Assembly: GCA_030248215.1 (NCBI GenBank)
Contig: JASANG010002570.1
Coordinates: 372,001 to 436,000, forward strand
Origin: Enoplolaimus lenunculus
Lineage: Eukaryota
Reading direction: 5' to 3'
DNA length: 64,000 nucleotides
Shown here: in pieces, positions 36,857-49,724 of the stretch
Layout of the letters: each line of letters starts with the position of its first letter
Numbering within the stretch: position 1 is the stretch's first letter
Notes under the pieces: generated by a model
What the model was told of the DNA's origin: nothing
What the model saw: only the letters and a program-made list of their open reading frames with translations
The model's database searches: none
Position numbers and translations under genes: made by a program

Positions 36857-39800
36857 ATGGCAAGCGCCTTTATAAGGGAAGAATCAGGAACAGAAAAATT
36901 TGCGATTCACAAAGCAGTTTGGGATAAAGATTTTATTTTATTGAGGAAACTGATTTCGGAGCCGTTTGTAAGTGTTTCTTTTTGTTTTCTCATGCTACAA
37001 CTGATTTATTAGCATTTTCTGTAGTATTAGCCTGTTAACATGCGCTTAAACAGTTAGATTGGGATAAATTTCTAAGAATATTTGATGGGGACCGCTATTT
37101 TTAAACTGTAGGCAAACCTTGAAGAATGTGACTCGCATGGACGAACTCCGCTTTTGCTTGCGGTAACACTCGGCGATCTAGAATCAGCTAGGATTTTGCT
37201 CAATGCTGGCGCTGATGCAAACGCAGAAACGAAAAATTATTGGGGAGGTACGTATGTAATACCGGTCATAAGTCGTAATGCGTTTGTTTGTTTGATTGTA
37301 TGCTATGGTGATTGCAGAACAATGGTCTTTAAGCTAAATACGTATGTCCTGTGCGGCATTCACCTTGATGTTGTAATTCGTTTCATATTTACATGCTGTT
37401 CAGGGATGTTTAACCGTGGGGGACGTAGACTTTGAACACTTCCTTCAAAACGAACTGAGAGATTATACAATATTTTCCACGGGCAAATCGAGAATGGCAG
37501 CGGCGATGATTACTACGATATTTTTTGCTGACTGCTCCACTGTAGTCAGAATTTTAAAAACCGACGTTATTTTAATGTATGCTGTGGCTATACATAGTTA
37601 CTGGAAGCCGTAAAAGCTGTATTAGATTGAATTTTGTACCATTTTAGTTAAAACATGAAATTAAAACTTTTATTACACCCAGCTTTGCTATCTTCTAAAC
37701 TTCGAATTTTATTACACCTCGGTTTTGCAATTAATGAGTGTAAAATATCCTATATACACCCTTTACAATTTATCGCCGTGTAGGCTGTATGTAATGTATG
37801 CTATACATACGTGTGCGCCGTCGTGGATATTGTATAGTGTATATCCCACTTTGCGCTGTAATATTGTATACAGCAGTAAATTGCTCACAGTGCATTGCTG
37901 TGCTGAGGACCACCCTATTGTTTATTTTAATAACTGACACATTTGACTAATCGCTTGTAGCTTTAACTTTCATGGAAATTTTTTGCTTATAAAGTACGTT
38001 TTCGTGTTCCATTCTGGTAATTAAACGCTGTACATATTAGGGGATTCCCGAGCCCGAGGTGATACTCTGTTGAGTGTTTTATATCTGTTTGTGTATAATC
38101 TAACAGGACAAGAATTCAATGAAATTCTGATTTCAGTTAGAATTATGGCAAAATTTCTGTTCCGATTTCAGTTGACTGTTACGAGCCACTACACTGAAGC
38201 CCTAGTCACATGTGCTAGTTTTTGCAGCGAGAACTTACAGCTTCAATTTGCACGTGCACATTTTTGCAAGCGACAAGCGAAAACTTGCAGCTGCAATTGT
38301 ACACACAAGTTTTTGCAATCCGAACATTTAGTTGATTTTTTTTCGACGAAAACACATTCAAGAAATTTGCCGCTGCAAGTTGTAAATGCAAATATTTGCA
38401 TTTGCAATTTACTGCTGCGTGCTCTTTGAGCAGAAACTTTCACGTGAACGTTGCAGCTGTAAATGTCAAATGCCAATTCTTGCAGTTTGCAGCGGCAATT
38501 TCGTACTCGAAAAATTTGCACGTATGGCTATGAATAGTGCTTTTAATATCTAAACGGTTACGTTTATTTAAATGGACTTTAGTGGTCCATGAAGCGACAG
38601 TGACCGGTGATCCAGAACTATTGTCGTTGTCGCTCGCACACCGGGAACACCAACGTCATACACGTCGCCTTCGAGCTGTTTTTGGTCTATTGGACTCCCT
38701 ACGTGAAACTCCAGATTTCTATGTTGAAATGACTTGGCAGTTTACTAGTTGGTTGCCGTTGGTGTCACGAGTTTGTCCCAGTGATACATATCGAATTTAT
38801 AAACAAGGTAAGTGTCATTTATATATTCGGTTATAGTTAGCTTGATAATAAGTACGTACTTTAATTATATTTAAGAGTTTAGTGTCGTTTGTTTCTGTAT
38901 TACGTATTCTAATTATATATGCTTGTAACAACCATAAATTAACTAAAATCGGCGCGTCTGCTAGCTTTGTCTAATGCAAGGAACTATGTTAATTTTTGTG
39001 CACTAGAATTGTACTGTTTGAGTATTTTTGAAATTTATTGAGTGAAACAGATGGAGCTTGTATCAGGAGCAGTCACAAAAAGGGGGGGGGCGCTCCCACT
39101 CCCCGAACTTTTCGCAAACAGTTAAATCTTTAGAATACAAACAAAGTTTCGTAGTCGATTTATGGCTTTAGTAAATTTAGGATCGAATATTCGTATTGAT
39201 ACAACGCTAATAAGTTTTGAGCAGAACAATTGGGTACGCGGCAACCGAAGCTATTTGTTCAAATTTGAAAGTGAGTATAATATTGAATATCGGCGTTGTT
39301 TTTTTCATAATTGATTACGTAATTATACTCGCTGTATAGCGGATTGAAATGACAGTCTATCGCCGCCATCGTACATAATATGATACACTTAATGTGTTTT
39401 ACAAACCATCAGAATATTTTGTTTGTATTACGTGGTATTCAGGACCCCGGTTAAATCACAGGAATTTGATAAAACTGTTGTACGTACCTTGTATGCAGCA
39501 TAACACTTACAAATTTATCTTGCAGGGTTAAATCTGATATCCGGTGCCGTTAAAAAATCGATATCCGCCCTCGGCAAAAAAATTGATATCCGGCTCCTGT
39601 ATTCTTTATGGTCGGATATTTATTGTTGAAAAGTACATATAACAACTCTATATTATACTATTATTTCTGACAATAACCACAATATTTCACTGCGAAGTAT
39701 CCATCTCCGGTATTTGTTTGGTTTTTCTGTTGAACCCTGCTATATCTATTGCACTTTTACCAATATTGCTAATTTCCAGAGGCCGTATTTGTATAAGTCG

Positions 39801-42800
39801 CCGAGGCCCTGTACAGCGGAATGATAGGTACAATATACGTCAAAGTCACATACAGTGTATACTATATAGTATGTATACAATGTTTTCATTGAAAATGTAA
39901 TGAGTTTATCTTTCTCTTTGGGACAATTTTCGTCAGTTTACCAAGTAGAAATTTTGGCTATTGATGAGGTTGTTTTCGAATTAATTAAGCGAGGTGTTAG
40001 ACAGAAAATAATTGTCACTAGATCAGACAGTCAAGCTGCCCTCAAGGCACTTGATAGGAATTGGAGTACCTACAAGATCTCTCAATTACAAATAAAGTGT
40101 TTTTAACATAGATTAAAGGTCATTCGACCAATCATGGAAATGATATGGCTGATGCACTGGCTAAGGCTGGAGCTCAAATGAGGTTTATCGGACCAGAAAC
40201 TGTTATAGGTGTACCACAAAGACATATCAAAAATATGATCCAGAATTGGCGCATTTCACACACTAACCAGAGATGGCTAGAGTTAACTACTTGTCGGAAT
40301 ACTAAGATATTCTTTAGTAAACTGGAACCAAAACATACTAGCTTCATTGTGCGATTTAACAGGAATAGAGTTAGATTACTAACACAAATAGTTACTGGAC
40401 ATTGTCAACTAAATAAGCATATAAAATAGGACTCTCAAATTCGAGTATTTGTGACTGCTGTGGAATGGAGGAAGCATGTGTAGAGCACTTAGTGAGATGT
40501 TCGGTCTATAGCGAGGTCCGGTATAGGGTCTACAGATCATATAGTCTAAATATAGTTGATAATAACATAAAGAAACTGAATAGGTTTTTAACAGAGTCAG
40601 TAAGATTTTAACCTAGAGTCTAAACACCTCGAAGTATCTATCAGTGGATATCTATCTATCTATAGTACACACTCAAGATCTAATTATTAATCCTGTTAGG
40701 TATTTTGTTTAGTAAGTTGTTTCCAGCGTTAGATATCAATAGATATTTGAAACATTCATTGTGTGTCTACATGTAAGGTAGCGTTTTATCGGACGTCAAT
40801 GGCGTGTTATATGATTTCGTTGTGGCTAAGTACACTTATTCTGTCCAGGTGCACAGACAGCAGTGATTCAAGAACTTGACCACGACAACAAAATGGTATT
40901 TTCTGAACGGTTTCATTTCGATGAACCTCCCACGGAAGCTGATAATGATGTGTTAAACCCTGATAATCAGCAATTTGCAAATGGTCACGTGGTTACCGGT
41001 GCAAACGGGCAGGTGGAAAAGTTTCGACCTCATCCTGATACGTTGTCGCAGCGACTGACCGCACCTGTTGTTACGACGTATATCGATGTTGATAAAATTG
41101 AGTTTGAAAGGTTTGAAAATATTAAGTTGTAGTAATCATATCTCGAACATTAGCAAGTTTTGGGATAATATTATCGCGTCTCGCATTTAGACGTTTAATT
41201 TACCAAAGCGAAATCCTTATAAAAGAGTTAAAGGCGAACTCAGGATTGTTTTACAACAAAAAGTAACATACTACAGCAATAAAAAAATCAAAAATAATGC
41301 CGACGCTGAACTTAATATAAATGTTTCTGTGTGTTTGCTTGTTTGTTTGTTTGTTTGTTTGTTTGTTTATTTGTTTGTTAGCTTGTTTCTATCTTTTTAT
41401 TTGTTTGTTTTTTGCTTTCCAGGAGCAAGTCGGGCATATGGGGTTGGCGAAGTAATCGAGCAGAAACAGTTAGCGGATATGACTGCAAGGTATTTAAGTG
41501 GAATGCTTGTATTTGTTCTTTATTTGATTTGAAATGAGTGAATGATGCAGAATTCTGGAGTCAAGATTTAGTGGAAACGAAAAGTCGGATGGACTGGACA
41601 GTGAATTTGTCAATGGCAAAAGCGTTATGGTTAGCAAATGGGAATGCACAACATAGCCTATACCTATAAATAATTTCAATTTAAGCAGCTAAATCCTATT
41701 GTTGTCCTTGTTTGTCATTATTGTTGTTGATTACTTTTTAACGGACAGACAGCTTTCAACGCAATCCAAGATCTATATTCTCAGATGGTTATATGATCTA
41801 TTACCAGCTAAAACACGCTAAATTTCGTAAAGCTTGATTCAGTACAAGTAAAAAGTTATAAGGCCCGTTGCTAGCTGATGGTAGTTGCTACTTACAACTG
41901 GGAATGTCTGCCCAGGTATATCATATGGTAGTGATGTATTTTATGCCTTTATTACAATATGCATTATTTGCTCTCGTGGAGCAAATCATAAAGGAATGCA
42001 TTTGTAAACGATTAAGCGTCTGATTTTAGGTATTCAACGCATCTAATGTTCAACTAGTGACACGAACGCGTACAGAACATTTGACAGCGGAGGATAAAAA
42101 AGACTCCGAAGCTAATTCCACTGGAAACCCGATTGATTCACTGTTCAAAATGGTGTCCAGTGAAAATAAGGTACATAGATTGACGCATCTGCATTGCGGT
42201 TTAATTGTCCATACTGGTCCATATTCTCAACTGAGTATACTAGCTATAGTCAGTTAGCGACGGAATTTCAAACCAGGGAACTGCGACTTAAGATTTGCAT
42301 AAATGTAAACTTAGCAAATAAGAAAAGAATGCTATTTACTGATTTTTATTTTAAAAAATGCAAGACCTGTTGCAAACTGGTGATAAGTGTTACACACATT
42401 TAGAGAATACGGGCAGTGAACGTTAGTTCTGGCTATGTACGCAGTTTGAGGTATGGTACATGTTAGGTATATAGATCTCTTTGTTTGCTTCTTCTCGTAC
42501 ATGAGGCTGTGTAAGTTATAAACCAGACGAAATAGAAACGGATTTTTGAAATTGTATGATAAACTCAAACCTAATGTTAACTTGTCTTACTTTAATAATT
42601 TTGTAGTACGTATTAAGTCTTTCAGAATCGTTACACGTTATATTTGGATATGTATTTTTGCTGCATGTTTCGAAACAATACTTGTCGACCGACCATTTTC
42701 TGCTGGGAATGATATCCAAGCCCGCAAACCAACAGGGTGCCCCGTCTTTTGGCTAAGACTGATATTCTCAACCCGTGCGTAGCACCTGTCGCCAAATAAG

Positions 42801-45800
42801 CAAGCCTTGTCAGCTGCTGATATTAAACTCTGCTATTACATAGGTGCGAACGAATGCCAAAAGTATGCTAAATTTCTATGTTCACCGTTTGCTGTTTCGA
42901 ATGTTATCAGATTTATAACTAACTAATGATAGGTGCTAAGCAATAGATCTTTGGCCGAAATCACAAGTATATAGTGCATATTTTGAAATTCTTTCAGGTG
43001 TCGCCACCCGCTGAAGGTGGTAAACCGAGGAATCTTATATCGAAAAACGACTATTTCAATCCACCACCGGCTGAAATGCTTGCTGATTTGGGCGAGCAAT
43101 GGCCTGATATTGGACGTCCCAAAGAAGAAACTGTTAGGTCGCAGTCGTTCAAAGCGTGCCTGTGGCTCTCAGATACGTTTCCATTGTCGTTTAACGAACA
43201 GGTGTCCAGTTGGATTTCGCGTAAATTAGGCCCGTAACCAGTATAAAATATTAGAGGGGCAAAATAATTTTAATAGGGGCATTTAGTTGATTTCACAAGG
43301 CGTACAGTTGGGGCTTAAAACTTTGTTATGTGGCTAAAAGCTTTCAATCGGTCTGTTGAGCCTTTGGTTACGGGCCCAAAGTGAATTCTACGGGTTTGTC
43401 TTGTAGCACAACAGAATTCGGCTGTTTTTGCATAAATCTAGAGAGTTACTGTGTTACCTTGTTGCATCGATATAGTTAAGCTTGAATTAATTTGGGTATT
43501 TTGTTAGAAAATGTTCGCAGTTTTTTAAAAATTTCAAGTGGTAAGGTAGTATTTATAGATGTGTAAAGCTAATTATGATTGTAAGTTAGTAGTAGTGGTA
43601 AAACTTTGTTTTAAGTTTATTCGGCAACAGGTGAGACCATTTGCTAATTCTGTGCTAAATATGATAGGTCTGAGTTCGCTGGATTGAAAGTTTCAAGGAC
43701 CATTAGCAATTTATGATCGGAAATCAAATACAGTCAAACATTGCTGGTTATATGCTTGTCTCTTCTTTGTTGGTGATTTTTAGACATTTTGACAGGATAC
43801 TGTAGGTTTTACTGCACAACATTGTTATGAGATTTGTCAGTATTTGAATACAACTTGGTATATTGTTGTAGGTTACTCCAATAATTGATCTGATGGCAAC
43901 AAGCAACGCGCATTTTGCACGACTGAAAAACTTTATTCAACTTCAGTTACCCGCTGGCTTTCCAGTGAAAATTGGTATGTAATTATCAAGCGTTAAATAT
44001 CTTGGTCTAGAACAGGAAAAGTGGGCAGTAAAACTGTCGAAAAATATGATATTAGCAAATGGTAGTTTGCCAGGTTGAAGGCTTGTATTAGATTAGATTA
44101 AATATGTGGCGCAAGGTCCTGGCTACTAAGCCTAAGCTTAAGCGTACACCTAAACATAAGCCTATCCTAAACCTAAGCCTATACGAGAGACTGGTTCAGA
44201 TGGGTTTTCGTAAGACTGTAATTTTATATTTCCACGAAATTTTTTTACGTTTTTAATAGATTTATTTAACAAGTTTTTGCTTTATGTATTAATAAAGTAG
44301 TGTTAATTGTACTTTTTCAATATTTTTTACAAAAATTCAACCGTTTAGGCAAGCAAAAGGTGTCGCCTTTGATTTCAGCTCAAGTGTATCCTAAGTGATT
44401 ACAATATAGGAATAGTAACTTCAACGTTAATTATTGTTGTGTTGATATCCACAAAACGCATGATTGCTATTGTTGGCGTAAATATGTTCTTGTTTTTCAG
44501 AAATTCCTTTATTTCATGTGATGAATGCGTGTATCACTTTTGGTAATGTTTTCGCAATGGATAAACCTGTTCCGCATGTGACTAGTCTGAGTAGTTCACG
44601 TGATTTGAATACCAATGGGGAAGTAGAAAATCGTAGCCATGAAGACAGTCAGCAGCCAAATGTTTCGTGTACAATTGATGATTGTGTGTTTGAAATACCG
44701 GGATCCTACATCATAAGAAGTAATGTTGTTTGTAATGTTTTTTAAAAGTTAAATTATGTCGGCGGGGTGTTATGTCTTATTTTGTTTGGTAATTTGAAAG
44801 TTTGGAATGGCGTCATTTTGGCAGAATATGACAATAATGAGAACTGTCAGAAAACGGTTTTTTGTTCAATTCACGGTATTTGTTTGAAATACAGGGTTCT
44901 TGCTTTACGCCCATACATGGAATTAGAAATTTTAATGTTACTTGTTCTTTGTGTGTTGTGTTTTTCTTATTTTGCTTAAAATATCAAAACTAGTTGTTAT
45001 TTTTCTTAGGTCGGCTGGAAAGCGGTTACGTATGAATAAGTAATTTTACACAAGTTGAACAGAATTAGCATTGGTTTATCTTTCAGTGTTTTCGGACGTT
45101 TATGACGAATCGTAGCAGATATGTTTGTTAGGTTTTTAGTGTGTATGCGTCCTTATCCTCTTTGCTATGATTGCTGTAGGTTCCTCGGCTGATGCGGCGT
45201 CGAACACAGCGAACGCATATCCAACATCGTGGTCCCAAAGCGAGGACGATATGCTATTGCAGTTTGCGATCCAACAAAGTTTACTAGATGAAACCAATTC
45301 TGAACATGGTGCTATCATACAGCCGCCACCTCAGTATAGAGAACGCACAACAACCAACCGTGCGTCACTAGCTTTGGATCCAATATTTGATGATGGTTCG
45401 GATCCAGATTTACAACGGTAAGGGTGGCGCTATACTTAATGTTTCTTTGTCGTCCGTTGACGCACGTTTCCGTCCATCTTTGTACGTCACCGTACTTCAT
45501 CGTGCGTATCATACGTGCATTGTTCAGGTAGCATACCGCATGGCGACATACGGAGATGGGCGACGTGTGGCTCACGACAAGTATAACTCCACCATACAGT
45601 TAATAACGTTTTGACATTTTCGAGGTGCCGCGTATGAAAATTGTGAACAATTTTGTTAAAAAATGAAAATTCCGCATGGGTGGGCGCATTGCTATGGCAG
45701 TATTTATCGTAAGTATTTATTGTAGCCCAAACCTTACTTGTGAACAATTCAATTCTAAACCATAGCATAAATTATAATATGCTCAAACACAGTCGTAATA

Positions 45801-46283
45801 TACTGAGCATTTACGAAATTGATTTGAAATTTGTGTCCGCCAGGATTGTACGCCACATTTCAGAGACATTGTTCATAGATCTTTTGAAAACTTACATTTG
45901 CTTGTGTGATAAGGATGCCAGTTGAGTGAATAAAATGTTTTAAACCATTGGTTTATTGTATTGCAGACAAAAATGCCTTTAAAATTAAGATACTTGATAG
46001 TAATAATACAACAAGGTATATTTTCGGTGTTTTTATTTTCAGCGCTATCAATGAAAGCTTGCGAGTTTCTTCCCAGTTATCTCATGGAACGGAGTCTATC
46101 GCTGATCCTGACACAGATAATCCGAGTGATAATGTCGAATATGCAAATTATTCTAGTCACGACCGCGAGTTGGAAATAGCCATTGAGCAATCGAAACGAG
46201 ACGAGCAGGCAAGGTTGGAAGCACTAGCGAAAGAAGAAGAAGAGCTGATTAGGGCGCTGGAGTTGTCAGTGAATGAGAAATAA
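36857..46283 (+). CDS. ANKRD13: ANKRD13-family protein (ankyrin repeats, central GPCR-chaperone domain, C-terminal UIMs); 12 exons, about 678 aa
   Basis: Exons 36857-36967, 37112-37247, 38583-38807, 39181-39270, 40849-41110, 41423-41489, 42030-42170, 42998-43201, 43872-43974, 44501-44719, 45180-45417, 46043-46283 join in frame. Motifs [65 protein letters not shown]; UIMs [13 protein letters not shown] and [12 protein letters not shown]. Confidence 0.93.
38202..38530. mobile_element. Palindromic MITE with TTGCAG repeats in ANKRD13 intron 2
   Basis: TAGTCACATGTGC ... GCACGTATGGCTA inverted termini. Confidence 0.55.
39900..40611 (+). mobile_element. Degenerate 3' end of an RNase H-bearing non-LTR retrotransposon (R1/LOA/I-group-like) in ANKRD13 intron 4
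   Basis: Across frameshifts: [57 protein letters not shown], then CDCC-x7-HLVRC zinc knuckle and a stop at 40609-40611. Confidence 0.85.
41329..41412. repeat. (GTTT)n microsatellite just upstream of the ANKRD13 exon 6 acceptor
   Basis: Directly visible. Confidence 0.8.
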
Positions 46284-46917
46284 TGAGATTGAACAGGACA
46301 GTTAGAAGCTAGTCGTGTATCAATTGGGCATTGGGCGTTGACTTCATTTAGGCCCATGTTAATTATAGGGGTCCAAGTGTAGACCCCTATAATTAACGTG
46401 GACTGTTTTGTAGATAGATATTCAGAAGGAAAAGAGTAATGAATTTTAGTGGAATATAAGCTTTTTATCTGCCTGATTTTGTACTGTGTTCTGAAATAAC
46501 CTGTTGTGTTCGGCTACGCGAAACGCATAAATTGTTACTGAAAAAATGCAAAAATGACACTCTCGCGACCTTTGTTCTTTGTGTCTTGAAGCATGACGTG
46601 GCATATTTCATTCAATGTTAATACTTGCATCATACATAATTAGGTGTTTGATATATTTTGCAGATTCTGCTTGTATATATTTGCTATTCTTTGAATGAGC
46701 TTTACAGCTATTGTATAATGTTGGCGTAATCTTGTGTTGTTCAGTCGCTCGGTCCGATCCGGTTGTAAGATGGGTTTAGTATTGCATCCCATTCATATTT
46801 TCTCTCGTGTATAAAGCAGGTAATATGCTTTAGGGTTTTATATTTGACATAATATTCGCGATTCGGTTTACGCTATCCGATTTTTGTTCAAATTGTGTTC
46901 GTATGTCGTGGCGTAAT

Positions 46918-47121
46918 GGCCAATGTTACATTTGGGGCGTAACAGTGATTAAGCGTATTCCTTAGCCTAAGCCTAAACGTTGCAAAAAAGGGTTCCTAAG
47001 CCTAAACGTTGCAAAAAAGGGTTCCTAAGCCTAAGTCTAACCAAAAATGTAATCTAGAATCTAAACCTACTCTTTTATAGACCCAAAAGCAACCTGGACG
47101 CCCCTTTAAGTAACATTGGCC
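46918..47121 (-). mobile_element. TTAGGC-bearing MITE, GGCCAATGTTAC family, in the probable ANKRD13 3' UTR
   Basis: Perfect 12-bp TIR GGCCAATGTTAC/GTAACATTGGCC; internal GCCTAA units and a tandem duplication of CCTAAGCCTAAACGTTGCAAAAAAGGGTT. Confidence 0.7.
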
Positions 47122-48294
47122 GGCGTAATGTTCGCACCTTACTAGAAATGAAACGTTTCTAAGAATCAAATATATTAAGGAAAACGCCTTTTTATTTTTG
47201 TACGTTCATTTTATTTGTTTCAAATAATGTAAATTTGAAATATATAAATGGTTTATCGTATGCACCATGTATTACAGAAATAAATTATTGGTAATCTGTG
47301 GATGGTTTCAAGAGCGGATCTGGTGATAGGTTTAGACTCTACACGACTTTGGTGTGTTGAGAAACTAATAAAAAAGAGAGTAGCGCATTCTGCACAGAAT
47401 ACTTTGAACGAGAACTGAAAACCAGAATTTGTTGTATTTAATTACTTGAACGTTGCTAAATTTAAATCTATTCGAGTTGACGTCAAAGATATGTATTTTA
47501 TTTGTAAAAAAGTCAAATTTTACTGTTGAAAAAAGATTTATACAACTCTTGAGTATGTATAATTTCGCTTTTAATTCAGTTTTTCAAGTTTTAATTATCG
47601 AACATGGATATTTATATTGGACGGTGTTTTTCATCACCTCTTAGCTTTACAGGAACGTGACGTAGCACCAAAGGGCTCATGTTTTCTGGAAAATTTTTAC
47701 TAAGTATAGACCATAAAACGTTTAGTCATGTTTACTTTCACGGGATACTCAACATTAGACATATATCTAAGCCTAAGCAGAATGTCTAAAGAGTAAAAAA
47801 TAAATGGTTTCGTTTGTATCCTATAAGCAAAAATGTCTGAAGTCCAGACCCTATTCTATTGAAGTCGTGTTAAAAAATGAAACGGCCCTAAAAGTACATG
47901 GCCCACATCGGGGTGTATTAAATGAATAGTTGAAATAACGGAAACAGATAGCTATCAAAGGAAACGGAAAACGGATATTGAAATCGGAAGAAAAGCAAAA
48001 AATGAAAGTTTCGGTTCCACGGAAAACCGGTGTGCACCTGATTGGGTCCATGGGCCGTACAATCTTTTTTTAATGTTTAGAAATGCAAAAATTGAGTCGA
48101 AAGCTCAAATGACCAATGCCATATTATCTGTAAATATAAATCACGGTACAAGTGTCGGAATAATGTAGGACAACCTAGGCTGGATTTACACCAGCTTGAC
48201 TTTAATATATTGTTCGCCTTGAGTTTCAAATCGAGGAAAGCTTTACCAATCTTCCAGGACAGAAACAGTTACTATCAGCGGGGCAGGTATTGTC

Positions 48295-48493
48295 AAATGC
48301 GTTTAGCACCTATCACCAGTTGGAGATAAATTCGTGTATAACTTTGGAACATCTGCATGGTAAGGTTCCAAATTAAAAACATCGTTCGCGTTTGATTTGC
48401 CCAACGTCTGTGCCGATTTCGAGATCTGCAATTGCACGTGTTCGTTAGTTTGAAAATCTATCACTAACAGATGATAGGTGCTATACGCATTTG
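48295..48493. mobile_element. Inverted-repeat element (GCACCTATCA/TGATAGGTGC family)
   Basis: CAAATGCGTTTAGCACCTATCA ... TGATAGGTGCTATACGCATTTG; related motifs near 27490-27520, 35105-35190 and 42776-42942. Confidence 0.5.
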
Positions 48494-48800
48494 TGTGAGC
48501 ACTTACCTCCGTGTATATACTTAGCTAGGATGGATTGTTTCTGAGGTTGAATTCTTTTTGTAAAACTTTACTGAAATATTGGACCAGCGGTAAATCTCCG
48601 AAATTTATCAACGGACTGGAAATGTAGATTATTGCGTGACAACGGAGAAACCAGGTTACTCATTATGGTGCTGTAAGAAGGGTTTAGCTGAGAATTATTC
48701 ATGTAATATTTTTTAAGGATAGTAAGTAACGGTACCACCTTTATTAATTGTTGGAGCTTATTGTTTGTTCGTGGACTACCATCGGTGCCGCGGCTATATT

Positions 48801-49724
48801 ATGCCAGTGCCAACAGGGCAATCTCACCCAACTGGTCCGTCATGTTGGACAAAGATCAAATATGGATTCGGTATGGGAATGTGTGTTGGCCTTGCGTCCG
48901 GATTCGTGTTCGGCGGCGTAATGATGTTTAAGTAAGTTAATGTGTGTTGCTTTCCACAACATGCTTGAGTTATTTGTCTACTATTTTGAAATTGATATTA
49001 TATGGCAAACCCTAAAACATCTTATGATGCGGTGGCTGCGGAACAATTTCGAATACACTACGTAAGCAGTGCAGTACGTAATGTTTTCAGTACAAACAAC
49101 AGTGGTGTGATGTAAGAAATTTGGATGTCAGAGGTATATGATTTTGAAGATTGCTACACAAGTTGGCATAATATCATGACGAAGGAAGGACTGTCGAATA
49201 CGTTGCTTATAATGTGATCGTAGGAACTATCCTTTCGCAAATTTTTTTTTGAAAATTTCAGCTTGACGATGCTAGCTTTGTTATTTGACAAGTTTGCTTT
49301 CCAGTTTCCTTTGTTCAGCAAACCAACTAAGACCAATTGTTCGCATTTTCGTTTTTAATCATCTCGGAACAAGCTCTAATCATTCCGAAATGCCCACCCT
49401 AACAGAAATGAATTTAATTTGTTTACCGAGTTTAAACAAGTTTTGAAAAGATGAAGACTTGTAAAATTCAATTATGCTCGATTTTTCGAAATCCTTTTTG
49501 GCTAGTCTCAACTCTAGAGGTTCTATGTTACACATCATCAAAAGATGTTTTACGCGCGTCTGTCTAACGTTAAACACGAATGTAAATCTTTTACAATGTT
49601 TTTTATTTGTTATAGCGCTGGAATGCGAGGGCGTCTGCTATTGCGACATGCAGGTAAAACTGCGCTTCAGGGAGGACTTACGTTTGGTGCATTCATGGCG
49701 ATTGGAACTGGCATCAGATGCTAA
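48801..49724 (+). CDS. ROMO1: Reactive oxygen species modulator 1 (Romo1/Mgr2), 79 aa, 2 exons
   Basis: Exons 48801-48931 (donor GTAAGT) and 49616-49724 give [79 protein letters not shown], including the family-typical FGxFMAIGxGIRC end. Confidence 0.92.
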
